DNA of 64,000 nucleotides from Trichoplax adhaerens (Eukaryota > Animalia > Placozoa). The stretch spans positions 3,076,152-3,140,151 of the forward strand of contig NW_002060944.1 in assembly GCF_000150275.1 (NCBI RefSeq). The letters are read 5' to 3'. Under the pieces are notes generated by a model that saw only the letters and a list, made by a program, of their open reading frames with translations, was not told where the DNA came from and did not search any database. Positions 28,901 to 43,000 of this stretch are shown here, one piece after another (positions within the stretch are counted from its first letter, which is position 1; each line of letters starts with the position of its first letter). A program made the position numbers and the translations under genes.

Positions 28901-30540
28901 ACTATCAAGTAATGTGTCAAATATATTTGAAATATATCTATATATGAACAACATAATGCATGAGGACTACTTTCCGTATATATTGCATTAATATGCTTCA
29001 ATCCTGCGCGTATAGTCGTCTTTTTACCTCGCCTCTATTCCAATACAAATTAAACAAAATATCATATATAACATTTTTGGAATTTTTTGCATACTGAATT
29101 ACGTTCATTGCTGCTTTATAAAATTTGGCGGTAATCTGAGTGTTTAGTAGCTCGTAGGAAATACTATCTATTTGACATGATTATTTCCATGGTGCTAATA
29201 AGCGATTAAATTTTCATTCCTATGGCGGAAAAATTTTACGAATTACCCAAGTGATAGATACGTCAGTTCTATTAATTCTATCATTACAAGTTTATAATGA
29301 AGATACAACAGTTATTTTATCGGAGGAAGGGTTTTACTTTTTCTAATGAGAATTTATGATAATATTTTGGTATATCTAGTAAACTTTTGTAGGTACTCAA
29401 TTTTTAATATATATATATATATATAACATAACATAACAATAACATATATATAATTATAACTGTCATTCTGATTGTAGATCTATATCGTGGCCATTCGTGG
29501 CAATACCTGGTCGAGTGATATTGCAATTGACGATATCGATATAAATGAGGGCACTTGTGGTTGGTATCTATAACAATTTGTGTAAAACTGTATGAGTTTA
29601 AAGATGTTTCACTGCATGTCTGATTTTTAAAATCGAATTATTTCCTGCTTACCCATTATAATTAATTATAAGTAATAATACATTAGGTGCAGAACAAATT
29701 CAATCAATTCGATCGATACGCAATTATCCTAGGTGTGGTATAACTAAATCTCGTATACCTCGGATTATCGGTGGTAACACTGCTTCTCCTCATAGTGTTC
29801 CTTGGCAAGCATTATTGAAAGTGTACTATGTATCAGGGGGTAAGGTGCATACAACGAGTTGTGGTGGTTCACTAATTAATGAGAATTGGGTTATTACAGC
29901 AAGTCATTGTATACCAAATAAGCCAATTCGAGTTAAGATTGATTTAGGACGGCATAATCTTCTGACAAAAGAGAGCTATACTAAGCAAATAAGGATTGCT
30001 AAGTCGATCTTTCGGCATCCCATGTATCAGTATAAAAACTCTATTTCAAGTATGAAAGATCTGGATGGTGACATTGCTTTAATTAAACTAAACGCATCCG
30101 TAAATATTAATAATTTTGTGCGTCCAATATGTTTACCGACAGCTAATGATACGTTTAATGAGCTTAACTCATGTAAAGTATCTGGTTGGGGTATGACAGC
30201 TGGCCAACCAAGACATATCTTACGGTATGCTCATGTACCTATCGTGAACCGAAATTTTTGTAATAGCACTTATTCTTATAATGGTCGACTTACTTTTAAC
30301 ATGCTATGTGCTGGTTATATGCAAGGCTATACCAGTACTTGCTATGGTGATAGTGGCAGTCCGCTGTCATGTCGTCATCGTCCAGGTGCAGTCCTATCAG
30401 GATATTCGGATCGATGGTATTTAGCTGGTGTCGTTAGTGGTGGAGTTGGTTGTGCACCAAAATATTATCCTACTGTTTATGCAAGCGTGACTGCAGCACC
30501 CATTTACAGATGGCTATCAAAGACATTAGAAAATAGTTAA
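25901..30540 (+). CDS. Secreted MAM-MAM-S1A serine protease (paralog C, intact short form, 8 exons)
   Basis: Exons 25901-25976, 26277-26447, 26570-26814, 27635-27725, 28363-28512, 28655-28908, 29478-29559 and 29687-30540 splice in frame. Motifs PR/IIGG, TASHC, DIAL and GDSGSP are present. There are no EGF or MAM3/4 exons. Confidence 0.88.
26847..27394 (-). mobile_element. Solo-LTR-like insertion (548 bp) in intron 3 of paralog C
   Basis: TGTCAC...GTAACA termini with a perfect 5-bp TSD ACAAG (26842-26846, 27395-27399). It is absent from the equivalent intron of paralogs B, E and F. Confidence 0.82.
27852..28085. mobile_element. LTR-like fragment in intron 4 of paralog C
   Basis: Begins TGTTACAAG...GACAAGGATAACGTA, similar to the start of the 14687 element (...GACAAGGTAACGTA), and replaces host intron sequence. 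The right boundary is approximate. Confidence 0.4.
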
Positions 30541-30890
30541 TAAATTGTAACAGCATTTCCGAAAATAGATATCAACATGTAGACGTTAAATTATCTAATT
30601 TACTTTCTATATCGTTGTATTGCTGTATGTTTCTATATTATTGCTTGAAAAACGTAGTTAAAAAGATTTACTTCTGATCTGATTATCAATACAAGCGTGA
30701 TAACTAATAATGTCTGATTTTATTTTCGGATTATAATTAATTGCTGCAAAAATCTGAGGAATATTATCCTGTAAGTACTAAAGGAAAACAATAAAATAAT
30801 TTCCTTTATCAATTTCGCATCCCCTGAAAAAAATTTTAAAGCTTTTGACTTACACGAATGCGTGCACAGCAAAAGCTTGTGAAAAGGATT

Positions 30891-31931
30891 CGATTTTGAA
30901 TCGGACGAGTGATACTGTAATTGATGATATTAATATAAATGAGAGTAGTTGTGGTTTGTATTTACAATTTATGTTAAGCTGTAACATAATTTAAAGATAT
31001 TCTACAGCATATCTGATTTCCATAATCGATTTAGGTCTTCTTTATTTATGATAATTAATCATAACTAATAATATATTAGATGCAAAAGAAATTCCATTCA
31101 TTCGGTCTTATGCTATCATCCAAGTTGTGGTATAATTAAGTCTCGTATATCTCGGATTGTCGGCGAGAACACTGCTTCTCCTCATAGTGTCCCATAGCAA
31201 GCATATTTGAAAGCGTATTATATATCAAATGATAAAGTGGATGCAATGACCTGCGGTGGCTCACTAATTAACGGGAATTGGGTTATTACAGCAAGTCACT
31301 GTGTGGCAAATAACCCAATTCTAGTTACGATTGAATTTGGACGACATAATCTTAGAGCATTAGAGGCCTATACTAAGCAAAAGAGGACTGCTAAGCCGAT
31401 CTTTCGACACCCTACATATCAGCATAAAGATTCTATTTCAAGTCTTAAAGATTTGGATGGTGATATTGCTTTAATTAAACTAAATGCACCCGTAGCTATT
31501 GATAGTTTTGTTCGTCCAACATGTTTAACAGCAGCTAATTATTCATTTAATGAACTTAATTTATGTACAATATCTGGTTGGGTAAAGCAGTTGGCCAGCG
31601 GAGATATATCTTACGTTATGCCTATGCACCTATTTTGAATCGGAGACTTTGTAATAGTACTTATTCTTATAATGGTCAAATTACTTCTAACATGCTATGT
31701 GCTGGTTATATGCAAGGCTATACCGATGCTTGCTATGATGATAGTGGTGGTCCATTATCATGTCACAGTCGTTCAGATTCAGTCCTATCGAGATATTCAA
31801 ATCGATGGCATTTAGCTGGTGTCGTTAGTGGTGGACGGGGTTGCGGACAAAGATATTATCCTAGTATTTATGCAAACATGACAGCAGCACCCATTTGCAG
31901 ATGGCTATCAACCATATTAGAAAATAATTAA
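30891..31931 (+). pseudogene. Paralog D: 5'-truncated short-form protease pseudogene
   Basis: Remnant of the MAM2 end plus the protease exon. It reads IVGE instead of IVGG, has a TAG replacing Trp at 31195-31197, a frameshift near 31585 (split ORFs 31207-31638 and 31563-31931), and DDSGGP instead of GDSGGP. Confidence 0.88.
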
Positions 31932-34900
31932 CCAATTGTGACAGTATTCCCGAAAATGAATGTCGATATCTAGATGCTACATTTTCTAATTTTTTAGATT
32001 CATATATATATATTGTTTTAACATTGTACATTTTTATCGCATAATTGGAAAGAGATAAATATAAAGATTTACTTCTAATTCAATGATGCAAACATAATTG
32101 TCAATAATGTCTGATTTATTTCTTGATTATGTTTGAATATCATAAATATTTTAGAAATATTGTCCTGCACGAATTAAAGGAATTCAATAAAACAAATTTC
32201 CTCTATCAAATTTCACACCTATCGAAAAATCTTAAATCTTTTCAGTTTAAACAGAATGCCTTTACGGCATAAGCTTGCGTAAATGATTAGATTAGCACAA
32301 AAAATCTTATAGTGCCATTTATACATTAACGCATAGTCAATGTATAATTATAAATAATCCTTACAAAAACGCGAGTGGATAATTTGAACGTAATAAGATA
32401 ACGAGTTCAATTTCAATCCACATATTTTACTATCTAGCTCATTTATCGGATTTTTCTGCTGTAGTTGGTAAGATTGCATTCAGCCTTCATTCCAAAAAAG
32501 GCACTTGGACAATTTTGCATCGCTTATATTCCTTAACTCTTAAATGTGCAATTTTCCTAGAGATTGAAATAAGTTCTCATAGATAACCTTCGTAAATGTT
32601 GGCTATTGCAGCTTAAATTGTCAAATATCTATTCATCTATTTTCGCATTTACTATAAAATAATCAAAAAACTTACGATTAGTACTAATGCTTAAATCAGG
32701 CTAACGAGTCGCTTTCAAACCCAAGCTCAGACGTGGTATTTTAGTACAATTACTTACTAACGCTTGACATTGATTCGATGATGTCAGTGGTAGTTGAGAG
32801 CTCTCAACGGAACGTTGATTAAAAGGCATTCTAATTATTGTTGTTAAAAGACCTTTTTTCAGGTGTAAGATAGTCCTTCAGAATGCCCAATGTAGCTTTT
32901 AAAGACGTTAATCGCCTTTTACCCTTGTTTTTCTGTTTCAATGACTGAATCAGTCCTAAATCCACAGTTATGAAGTCCTAAAACTGTCAATCGAATGGCT
33001 GCTTTATTTTTATCGAGATTGCCGCTTTAGTCCAATAGAAATTCAAATCCAAAATTGTGAAATACTGTATAGTATACAGTGCCCATGGCTCATTAGCTTC
33101 CTTCAAATAAGAAAGTTTTTAATGCACTCCCTTTACTGTATTATACATAGAGAATGACACATATAATAGAGAATACGTATTATCAGGCCAAAATAACTAT
33201 TAAAACTAGCTTTGCAATACTTGTTGTAAAATGGAAACAGTATAATTTACAGCTAATGCTTTGCTAGTTGATGATTGAGGGAAGTTGAATATGCTAATCT
33301 TGATACAGTACGTTTACATTATGTTGATGGTACATGTTTTCTTTACTTAAACTAATGAATGATTTGACTCATGTAGATTAAAATAAAACCTTCGTAAGTT
33401 ATTAAAATTGAACTAATAAAAAAGTCAACATTATTTTTACCATTGCAAGTTTTTCTCATCGACCGATTTCCACTGATAAAACACAGTCCACTCAGGTCAC
33501 TATATTAAATATTAATATAGGCTTAATAATCGAATTATACCTTGTAAATACTAAACATTTCACAAACTATAGACTGGTTTAAAAATTCCTCTATTCGCCT
33601 AAAAGCCAATAAAAAAAATTACCCTATCTAATCTAATCGCTTTTTACAGACGCCTACTTTATATCATTAAAATAAATCTTACAAGAATTGTCTATTAATA
33701 TTCAGAAGAAAAAGTGACGTACCGCAATTTCAGGGTAGTTTGCTCTATATAAGTATATAAGTTCGCAGTGATTTAGATCTCTATCGAGTCTACAGCGATA
33801 GAAATAAAATATTAATGTTCTTCAATTTATGTCAGTTGAATGAATAATCATCATCCTTTAATATGGTGTCAGATTATGCTGAGAAATTGCATAATTTCAT
33901 CAAGTTAGTATTGAGTTTTACCGTGGGTAATTATATTGCGCTATTTGTAGCAGATTTTACAGTTGCCATCATCTCATTGGCGTGAATATTTTCTCTCTTG
34001 TGATTAGATCATTTCATCTTAGATAGAATAATCAATCATGAACTCCTCTTTCAATTCAGCCTGCTTTACTACGTTGTGATGGTACATGTATTTTTTCCAA
34101 AATTAATAAAGGAGTACACTCATTTAGACCACATTAACTTATGATTTGTTTTGAAAGTATTGAATAAATTTACTCCTTTAGACTCATATCTTTGCTATCA
34201 AAACTGTATTCATATCTAGGCTAACATCTGTGATCATTGCAAACTTTACCTTTCAGATCTCTATTGACTCTACTGTCGATATGAAATAATAAATTATTCA
34301 TGAATTTACGTAGGTGGAAAGAAAAATTATCCGCATTCTAACGCGGTTGGATCACACTGAGAAGTTGCATATTTTCGTAAAGTTGGACTTTTACTATCGG
34401 TGGTTATAATGCGCTATTTGTATGAGAATTGTACGAGATCTTGCATTTGTTATGTTCTTATTGGCATGAATATTTTAAATCTTGTAATGGGGCCATTTTG
34501 TGGAATATAGAATAATAAATCATGTACTCCTCTTTCAAGGCTAGCATGATAGGTTTGTATGTTTAGAACACCTAGGTAGCAAGTTGATGATTGGAAAAGA
34601 ATTTGATTCGTCGATCTCAGTCTGCCTTGCTGTGCCTGATGGTAGATATTTTTTTTCCAAACTTGCAAATGAACATACTTGTTTAAATCGCACGTACTAG
34701 TTTTTCGTTTGGAAATTATTGAATTTACCTTTATAGACTAACATAAAGCTTCGTAAGCTATTCGAACTCTATCTAGAAACCAATAGTTTTTACCATTACA
34801 AGTTTCGTCTTACCGATCTATTTCAACTGATATAACGTAGTTCACGTACATCGCTGTATAATTTAGGCTTAATTACCAAATGATACATTTGTATGTCGGT

Positions 34901-35376
34901 ATTAAAATTTCATAAACTATAGAAAGGCTTAAAAATTTATCAATTCACGTCAAATTTAAACGGTAAGTTTTATCAAAATTGGAATTATTTAGGCTTGTCT
35001 GTTTTTATAGAGCCCTACTTCTTACCAGTTAAATTTTACGCAAAACGTCTATTGAATTTTATGAATTAAGATAATCTATCGTATTTTTAGAATATGTTGC
35101 TTATATACTCGTATTTTTATTGCTGTTTAACTGGCATATGCGTATTCATGAATAAATAGCCCATTTCTTAATTAATCTTCATGTGTATGCATAATCTAAA
35201 ATAAGATATGCACTACCTTCCGCCACTCTAACTATACATTTAGTTTGTTATTTTCTCCAATATTCATAGCATATAGCGGTGCTCGATTTGTCTCAAATGT
35301 ATTATCATAATAAAAGTAAAATAGTTTCATTATTTTTGTTGATAATTGACTACAGAGAGAGAAATTTTTCACCAAA

Positions 35377-36650
35377 ATGCTTCGTCGTTCTCTTCATTCT
35401 TACACGAAATTGGTAATTTTAATATGTGTATTTGGTTGGACTTCAACCAACGGTAAGTGAACTCTAATTAATTAAAATTTAAATAATAATACGTCAACCA
35501 TAATAACGTATGATGGTAATACTGACTTTAAAGATTAAAGATCAGATGAATCATTACTTAACGTAAACTATTAGAAATATTTTCGCATTACTACAGCAAA
35601 ATGTACACACTATAATCTACTTTAATTTGTTATAAAACAAGTCAGAAAGATAATATGTTACAAAAAGTTAACCTGTCTTTATTCTTTATTCGCATAACCC
35701 ATAATTGCAATATTTTTACGTTGTACTATCGTACCGATATATGTAGGCAGAGTTGTATCTACAGATATTGATTTAAGTTGCAGTTTTGAGAGTAAATTTT
35801 TGGAGTAGGAAAATGGCCGCCATCCAAATACGAAACTCGCATGAATAAGAAACAGAGTCAAAATTACTGCCCCTAAAACTAGTCCAAGTTACAATCATAC
35901 TTATCAAAATCCGTACTGTAAGAGAAATTATGTATTTTAATATTTCTAAAGTTGCCTTCCTTATCAAACTGATAGCAATTTTTACTACTTCAAATATTTC
36001 TGTTAATGTTTACTGTTAAAATTATATTGAAAATGTTTTCTTTTGGAAATAATTTTAAAGATGGCGATTATGCGTATCTAGTAACATCGAATTCACTATA
36101 CAACAACGCCATTTTGGAAAGTCCTATAATTCGTAGTAATGATAGTCATTGTCTATGATTTTGATATTATATGGATGGAATAAACGCTAGTCGACTACAA
36201 GTTGTATGATCTACGTCAGAAATATTATGGTCGAGAGAGGGTAATCGTAGCAATATTTAGCTATTAGCTGAAGCAGACATATCCTTAAGATTACAAGAAT
36301 ATAAAGTAAGTTAAGTTCATTATCGGTAATTTGAAATTAACAAAATTGCGGCATGTATAGAACAATCCTGTCTTTTTATAATCAGATTTTTTAATTGATG
36401 AATATAGTTTGAAACATATCCTTTAAACCACTATATTATTTTCATTATATAAGGGTTGTAGAATATAAGTGATTGCATGATGTTTTTTCATGTTAATAAG
36501 AATAATAGTTATTGTTGAATTGAATAACGTAGAGCTTTTTCTACAGCTTCACGTTATGTTTTATATTGACGTTATTATGTTCTGTAGATATCGATCACAG
36601 GGTACGCTGGGGAATGATATGAAGCAGATATTGCTATTGATTACATTACA
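35377..36650 (+). pseudogene. Paralog E: 3'-truncated pseudogene (signal peptide + MAM1 only)
   Basis: Exons 1-4 are homologous to A/C/F but carry multiple in-frame stops (TAG at 35806-35808; CTA TGA TTT TGA in exon 3). Homology ends abruptly inside exon 4 near 36650. Confidence 0.85.
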
Positions 36651-39600
36651 TATTGTTCATTTTATCTTTCTTCATTGCAAGTTAGCTTAAATGCATATAA
36701 CAATTTTCTATTTTCAGTTTTGATAGACATGTATTAATGTGTATAATAATTATAATGCGATATATCAAGAGATTTGCGTTTATTCGATGGAAAATTATTA
36801 CTGTCGTTGGGTGACTGGCAAAATCTTGATCTGATAGAATATTTTTTGCTAAGCTATAAACACGTACCCTAATTAACTATTTACCCCTAATTTACTTCAT
36901 TTTCTGAAACTGATGTGTTTCTAAACCAATTATCTTAAGCTATATATCAAGATTAACCTAGGAAAGTAAAGATGAATCTGAAATGGTATATGATCAATCT
37001 CAATAAAATAATTCGTAGTATCATTTCCATAGTGATGATAATAGCCAAATGAAGATCATTGATAGAGTTACTATGTTAAAATATAGAATCATTTCATCAG
37101 AAAGGCTAGTCAGACATCATCCGACAGGAGCTATAATGATAAAACGTATTCGATTTAAATTTAACAAAGATTTCATAATTACTGTCATACCTGATAGGTC
37201 AGTATGTGAACCTCTACTACAATCAGACTGAATTTGAGATTTGATACAGTATTGATTCTAGCAATGGATAAAGAAATATTGAACTTATTTTTCAATCATC
37301 GCAGATTGGTTTGTGTAATAAATAACGTTAATAAATTTACATATACGTACGGTAATTAATTTGGACATACATATATATCCATACATAAGCGTATATTTAT
37401 AAATAATTAATACGTAGTGCTAACGTCATATCAAGAGGTAACATGTTAGCCTAATATAGTAATATTCAAATTAAAGTGTAGATTAATATATAACTAGGGA
37501 TAACAAATATAAGATGTGTATTCTTTTACAGCATTGGGTTGGATACGATAAGTGGAATAATACTTGATGCTTCACTTGTTCAATAAAGTTGTATTCATCT
37601 ATACAATTTTTTACTCCCTAATCTAACTGGATAAGAAAACTTATCCCAACGCCTGAGTGGAATGCAAATACCTTATTGTGCTATCTAATCCCTCAATTTG
37701 ATGGTTGGTTTGGTACCGTATAAGATTAATCATCAAATAATATCATCGGTTCTTCTGCCATCACTTTCTATCATACATTGCTGCTGTAGACTATTTTAAT
37801 ATAGTATATGTTAAGTATGATGTATTTAGACTTATCGTTATACCTCCTAAATATCATCTGTTCTTACTCTATCGATAACGCTGGTTTATCTTTATATCTC
37901 AATTGCTGCGGTCATTAAGTAGCATTCACTTATTACTATTTGACCTCATTATAACTGATTCGCTGGTCTAGCACAACAACCTATCTATCTTGCACAATAC
38001 TTTCTTCCCAATAAAGAATTTCTATCTATTCCCATATGCAATGTTGCTTATGAATGTAATTGTGGCTAAGAAATCTTCTTTAGTTAGTACTTCGAACTCT
38101 TCATTTACTATTGCTATTTCTCGATCTCAATCATACAGTTCTTGTTAATTAAGCAGTGCTATTTATGATGACATTCATTCGACATCTTACCGTAAAATGC
38201 TAGAAAACGGTCAACTATTAAACTCTTCAAAGTAATGCCATCACGACCGTGAAAATATGTCATTTTATTAAGGTTACATAGGGTACAAATGATGATAATG
38301 ACTGTTAAGCAAGTAATATGCCTAAGTCTGACATTTAACACTAACATAATATTTTATATTTCACCTTCTTCTTACTCTAATTTTTTACATTAAAATAACT
38401 AGTGAACCCCCGCGCTCGTGATACTTCAGATGCTTGTTTACTAAGTAAGATATTTCTGGCTGAACTGCACTGTATTCAGTAAAAAATTATTCTTTCAATA
38501 AGTGTTTTTGTTGGTTACTTGCAGTTTATTGACGATATTGAAAATACCAGTAAATGGTGAGCCAGCACGATTTTCTTATAGTGACAACTGGTAATGTTAC
38601 ATCATGGGAATAACATTTATCGTAAATAATTTCTATAAGTAATAGATTTACTAGAATAAATAAAGATTAAATTTTAATATCATGATTTTTTCAATAGTGA
38701 GAACTGAGTCAGTAATAGTTTTAACAGTGAACTTCCTTATAATTTAATTCATATCATTTTAAGCATACACCGGAAAATTTACCTTTATATAGATCTATTA
38801 ATTTCGCAAAAAATGAACAACAGAAATTATTTATTATATTTATAGTATTCCGTTTCATGCTAAAAAGGAGGCTAATATCACGAACGTAGAATCAAAATTT
38901 GTGGCATTTTAGATTTTTATGAATTCCACCGTAGATATGGAGTCATAAATTATTTTTTAATTCACCCAGGTGGAAAAAAACATCATTTCTCAACGGGGTG
39001 CCTAGTATTGGTTAGAATTTGTATATTATTATAAAGCTGGTAATAAGTCTTGGTATTTGCGTACTAAATGGCTATTTGTAAGAGATTTGCAGTCGTCATC
39101 ATCATATTTACATAAATATTTTGCCTCTTGAAATGAGGTCATTTTATCGAAGATGGAATAACAAATTACTAACTGCCCCTTTCATGACAAATACTATAGA
39201 GAGATAGGCTTAGAACACCCAGGTAGCAAGCTCATGATTGGCAGAAATTTAACATGCCAATCTCAGTATGCTTTACATCATGCTGACGGAAGATGTTTTC
39301 TATATCATATATTAATAAATGAGTTTATATCAATATACGAGAGCCTCTGCAAGTCATTGAAAATATGTTAATATAAAAGTCAACACTATTTCATTATCAC
39401 AAGTTTTTTCTTCATCGATTGATATCAACTGATACAATAAACGGTTCTCCTAAATCTCCATATGATATAGATTTAATTACCTAATGCCTTATCTACCAGT
39501 AAATTAACTAACGAATTTCTTAATGACAGGAAAGCCTAAATATAATTCATCAACCTACGCAAGAGTCAGAAGGTAAGCTTTATTAAATTTTTTCTATATA

Positions 39601-40009
39601 GGCTAATCAGTCTTTTTTCAGAGCTTAATTTTTTATCACTGTAAATTCTACTCAAGAATTTAATTAATTTTTAGAGGAAAAAACTACTCTACTCTATTTC
39701 AATAGCATGCTTCTTTACATATTCATTAATTTTTATGTTCACGATGTAGTCATTATGACAATACTAAGAGTATATCTACTACAAATAGCTTTTTATGAGT
39801 CAATTTTAATTTGTCTTGATGATTATGTAGGATCTCAAAGAAGTTAAACACTATTTTTCACACTGACTATAAATTTATTTTTCTCTTTCTCCGAATTGTT
39901 TATGCAGAACTCGATTGATTTTCAAATCTATTATTAAGAAATAAGCAAGGCGGCAATTTTAACCAAATTAATTGATACTTGCCAATTAAGAGAGAAAAAT
40001 ATTACTAAG

Positions 40010-43000
40010 ATGCTTCGTCATTCTCCTTCTTTCTTCATGGAGTTGACAATATTAATATTTATATTTGCTTGGGCTTCAATCAGCGGTAAGTTAACTCTAA
40101 TTTGAGCAGTAATATTTCACGATATTCACATATGATAGCAATATTGATATAAAAGATCAAAAGTCAACTGAATCAATGCTTTATGAATAATTTTTCTCAA
40201 CGGATTCCAATCCATGCGTAGTTGTTATTTCAAACTTGCTAATTATTGCATTAAACTAGAACCAATGCTTTTGGAATCAAGTTGCGCAAGAATAATATGA
40301 TTATGCATTGACTTAAAATCTAAATCAATAATCTTTTTTCACCCAAACATGAGCTAGAAGTAGATAATGTAAATAGATATAATATTTATGGTTCATTCAA
40401 CCTACTCTCCATATTACATTATTAATGATAGAAACAAGTCAGTGACCTGATTTCAGATTGAGATCCATTAATGAAATAGAGGTTTATAAAAAAATAGATT
40501 ATGCTCGTACACTGATTGGCAATGCAAATTTATAATCTACCTTTTATCTACTATAATCACTTTAAGGAATGGAAATAAATTCGTAACTCAATTTTAGTCA
40601 AATTTACTAAATACCGGTACAACCGATAGCTCGGTTTTAGATTTACTGTCAATAATAAAATAGTGACAGTGTTCCAAACACGTATTAAATTATAATTATT
40701 AACATAAAATAACCACATTTTTATATAAATCAGCAACCTATTTTCCATCACAGTGAAGGTTTACTTCAGGACAAAGTAATATTCATAATTCGCTTCTTAC
40801 CCACTCTTCTACTTATAATTTTGAGTAGATACCGTAATCCCTTATAATATAATAACACAATGATGCGTATATTGACTTTAAATTTACATCATCTATCCTT
40901 TTCCATCCTCATAAACATTTGATACAGATGGAAATAAAAATTTACATTGCGCATCTGAAATCACTAATATATGATTATCAAGAACGTGTTTAAACCTGAA
41001 TATACGAGTTATTCGAGCATATACTAATTAATTGTTAATGGGTAACGTAATAAGAACTTTTAAGCTTCCATATTTAAATCATATCCATGACTATAGTAAT
41101 AAGAAAGGCATTATTGCAAATTAAGACAGGTCCAGATGCGCACTTTCGTATTTAATAGTGTAGATCACATATGCAGACAGTTTTTGAGAATGTGCTCGAA
41201 CTATACGTATTTAACCTCGCCGAAACTTAATTTATTACACCTACTCTAAGCTATCTGGTGCGCTATTTTATCGACTTGACCATAAATTTATAAGAGCAAA
41301 TTTATTATATACTTTATGGTTAGATAAAAATCAGCGTACGAAATTAAATAGAACAATAGCAATTAGTTATTAGCTAAAATAAGATTGCCGTAATAGGCCA
41401 AACAAACGGTATCGTGCAGTTTAAAGCCAATTGCTGATACATCCTAACATTAACATCAACAAAACATTTATTACATTCATATATTGATTTTTTTCCAGAA
41501 ATAAAGATCAAAAAGACCAAATAATTAAATAGATTTGCTTGTCTTTTTTCCTAACTGGAATAGCTCATGATTGTAATTTTTCATAACATATATTGTGCTG
41601 GCATATTTAGGTGCAGAAGCATTTACAGAGGTCGATTTAAGTTGTAATTTTGAGAGAAATTTTTGCCAATGGGAAAGTGGCCGTCGTACAGATTCTAAAT
41701 TTGCTTGGATCAGAAACAAGGGAGAAACTATCACCTCCAAAACTGGTCCAAGTTACGATCATACCTATCAAAATCCAAATCGTGAGAGAAACAGTATATT
41801 TTAATATTTCTAAAATAGGTTTCCTAATCAAACTGATAGCAAGCTTTACTGTATCATACATTTCTGCTAATGATTACTATTAAAGTTATACTGATAACAT
41901 TTTTCCCTCGAAACAATTTTGAAGGTGGCTATTACGCATACCTTGAAACATCCAATCCATTATACAATAGGGCTACCTTGGAGAGTCCTGTAATTCGCAG
42001 TAATCATAGTCATTGCCTACGATTTTGGTACAATATGAATGGAGCAGACGTTAGTCGACTTCAAGTTGTATCATCTACATTAGAAATATTATGGTCAAAA
42101 GAGCATAATCATGGCAATATTTGGCTATTAGCTGAAGTCGATATATTCTTAAGAGTGCAACAATATAAAGTGAGTTAAGTGGATTATTGATGATGTTGAA
42201 TTAATAAAATTCTCTCACATGTATAATACTTTTGTCCTTTTATAGTCAAATTTCTAATTGATAAGTATAGTTTGAAATGTATCTTTACAGTAGTATGCTG
42301 GTTTACTACATAAATTTTAGAATATAAATCATCGCACAATATAGTATCTTCTTAATGAGAATACTAACTAACTTATCATTGAGTTAAGGACTGAAAAGTT
42401 TTCTGTGAACTTACGTCATGCATGCATCAAGTTAACGTTATTATGTTCTCTAGATATCGATTACTGGGTACGCCGGAAATAGCTACGAAGCAGATATAGC
42501 TATCGATGATATTACATGGGAAAAAGGATTGTGTAAAAATACAGGTAATTTAAGTCATTATTAACAAATAATAAGATATCTTAATACTATGTGATATATA
42601 TGATACACTTTTAGTATTACTGTAGATGAGATAAGAAGTTGAATTTCCTTAGATTGTATAGCTCAGTCTGTTTTCCTTTACCATCTAATGACTTACTCGG
42701 AGAGCGTTCCAAACTATAAATAATTCTGATCGCTTGATAATTTGTAACTACCAATAACATGGAATCTAAAGTTAGATTTTATCATAGTGAAAATTTAAAA
42801 TTAAAGGATACTGTAAATGAACTTGCATATAGAGTACCGTATGTAACATTTGTAATATTCAAATTACTTAATTTCTTGTTGCTTGCTAAACACTGGCAAC
42901 AGTCTATTGCAAGGCTATTTTAGGTCTAGTAAATATTGGTCTAGTTACTGACGTAATTACATGAAATTATTTGTATCCTATGATTATTTGCGACATTATT

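Noticed and set aside
29405-29450. (TA)n and TAACA microsatellite in intron 6 of C
   Set aside because: It is an ordinary simple repeat.
38159-38347. YFHGRD resembling the FxGRE start of NB-ARC/STAND NTPases
   Set aside because: No Walker A motif is visible downstream, and the match is too short to support.
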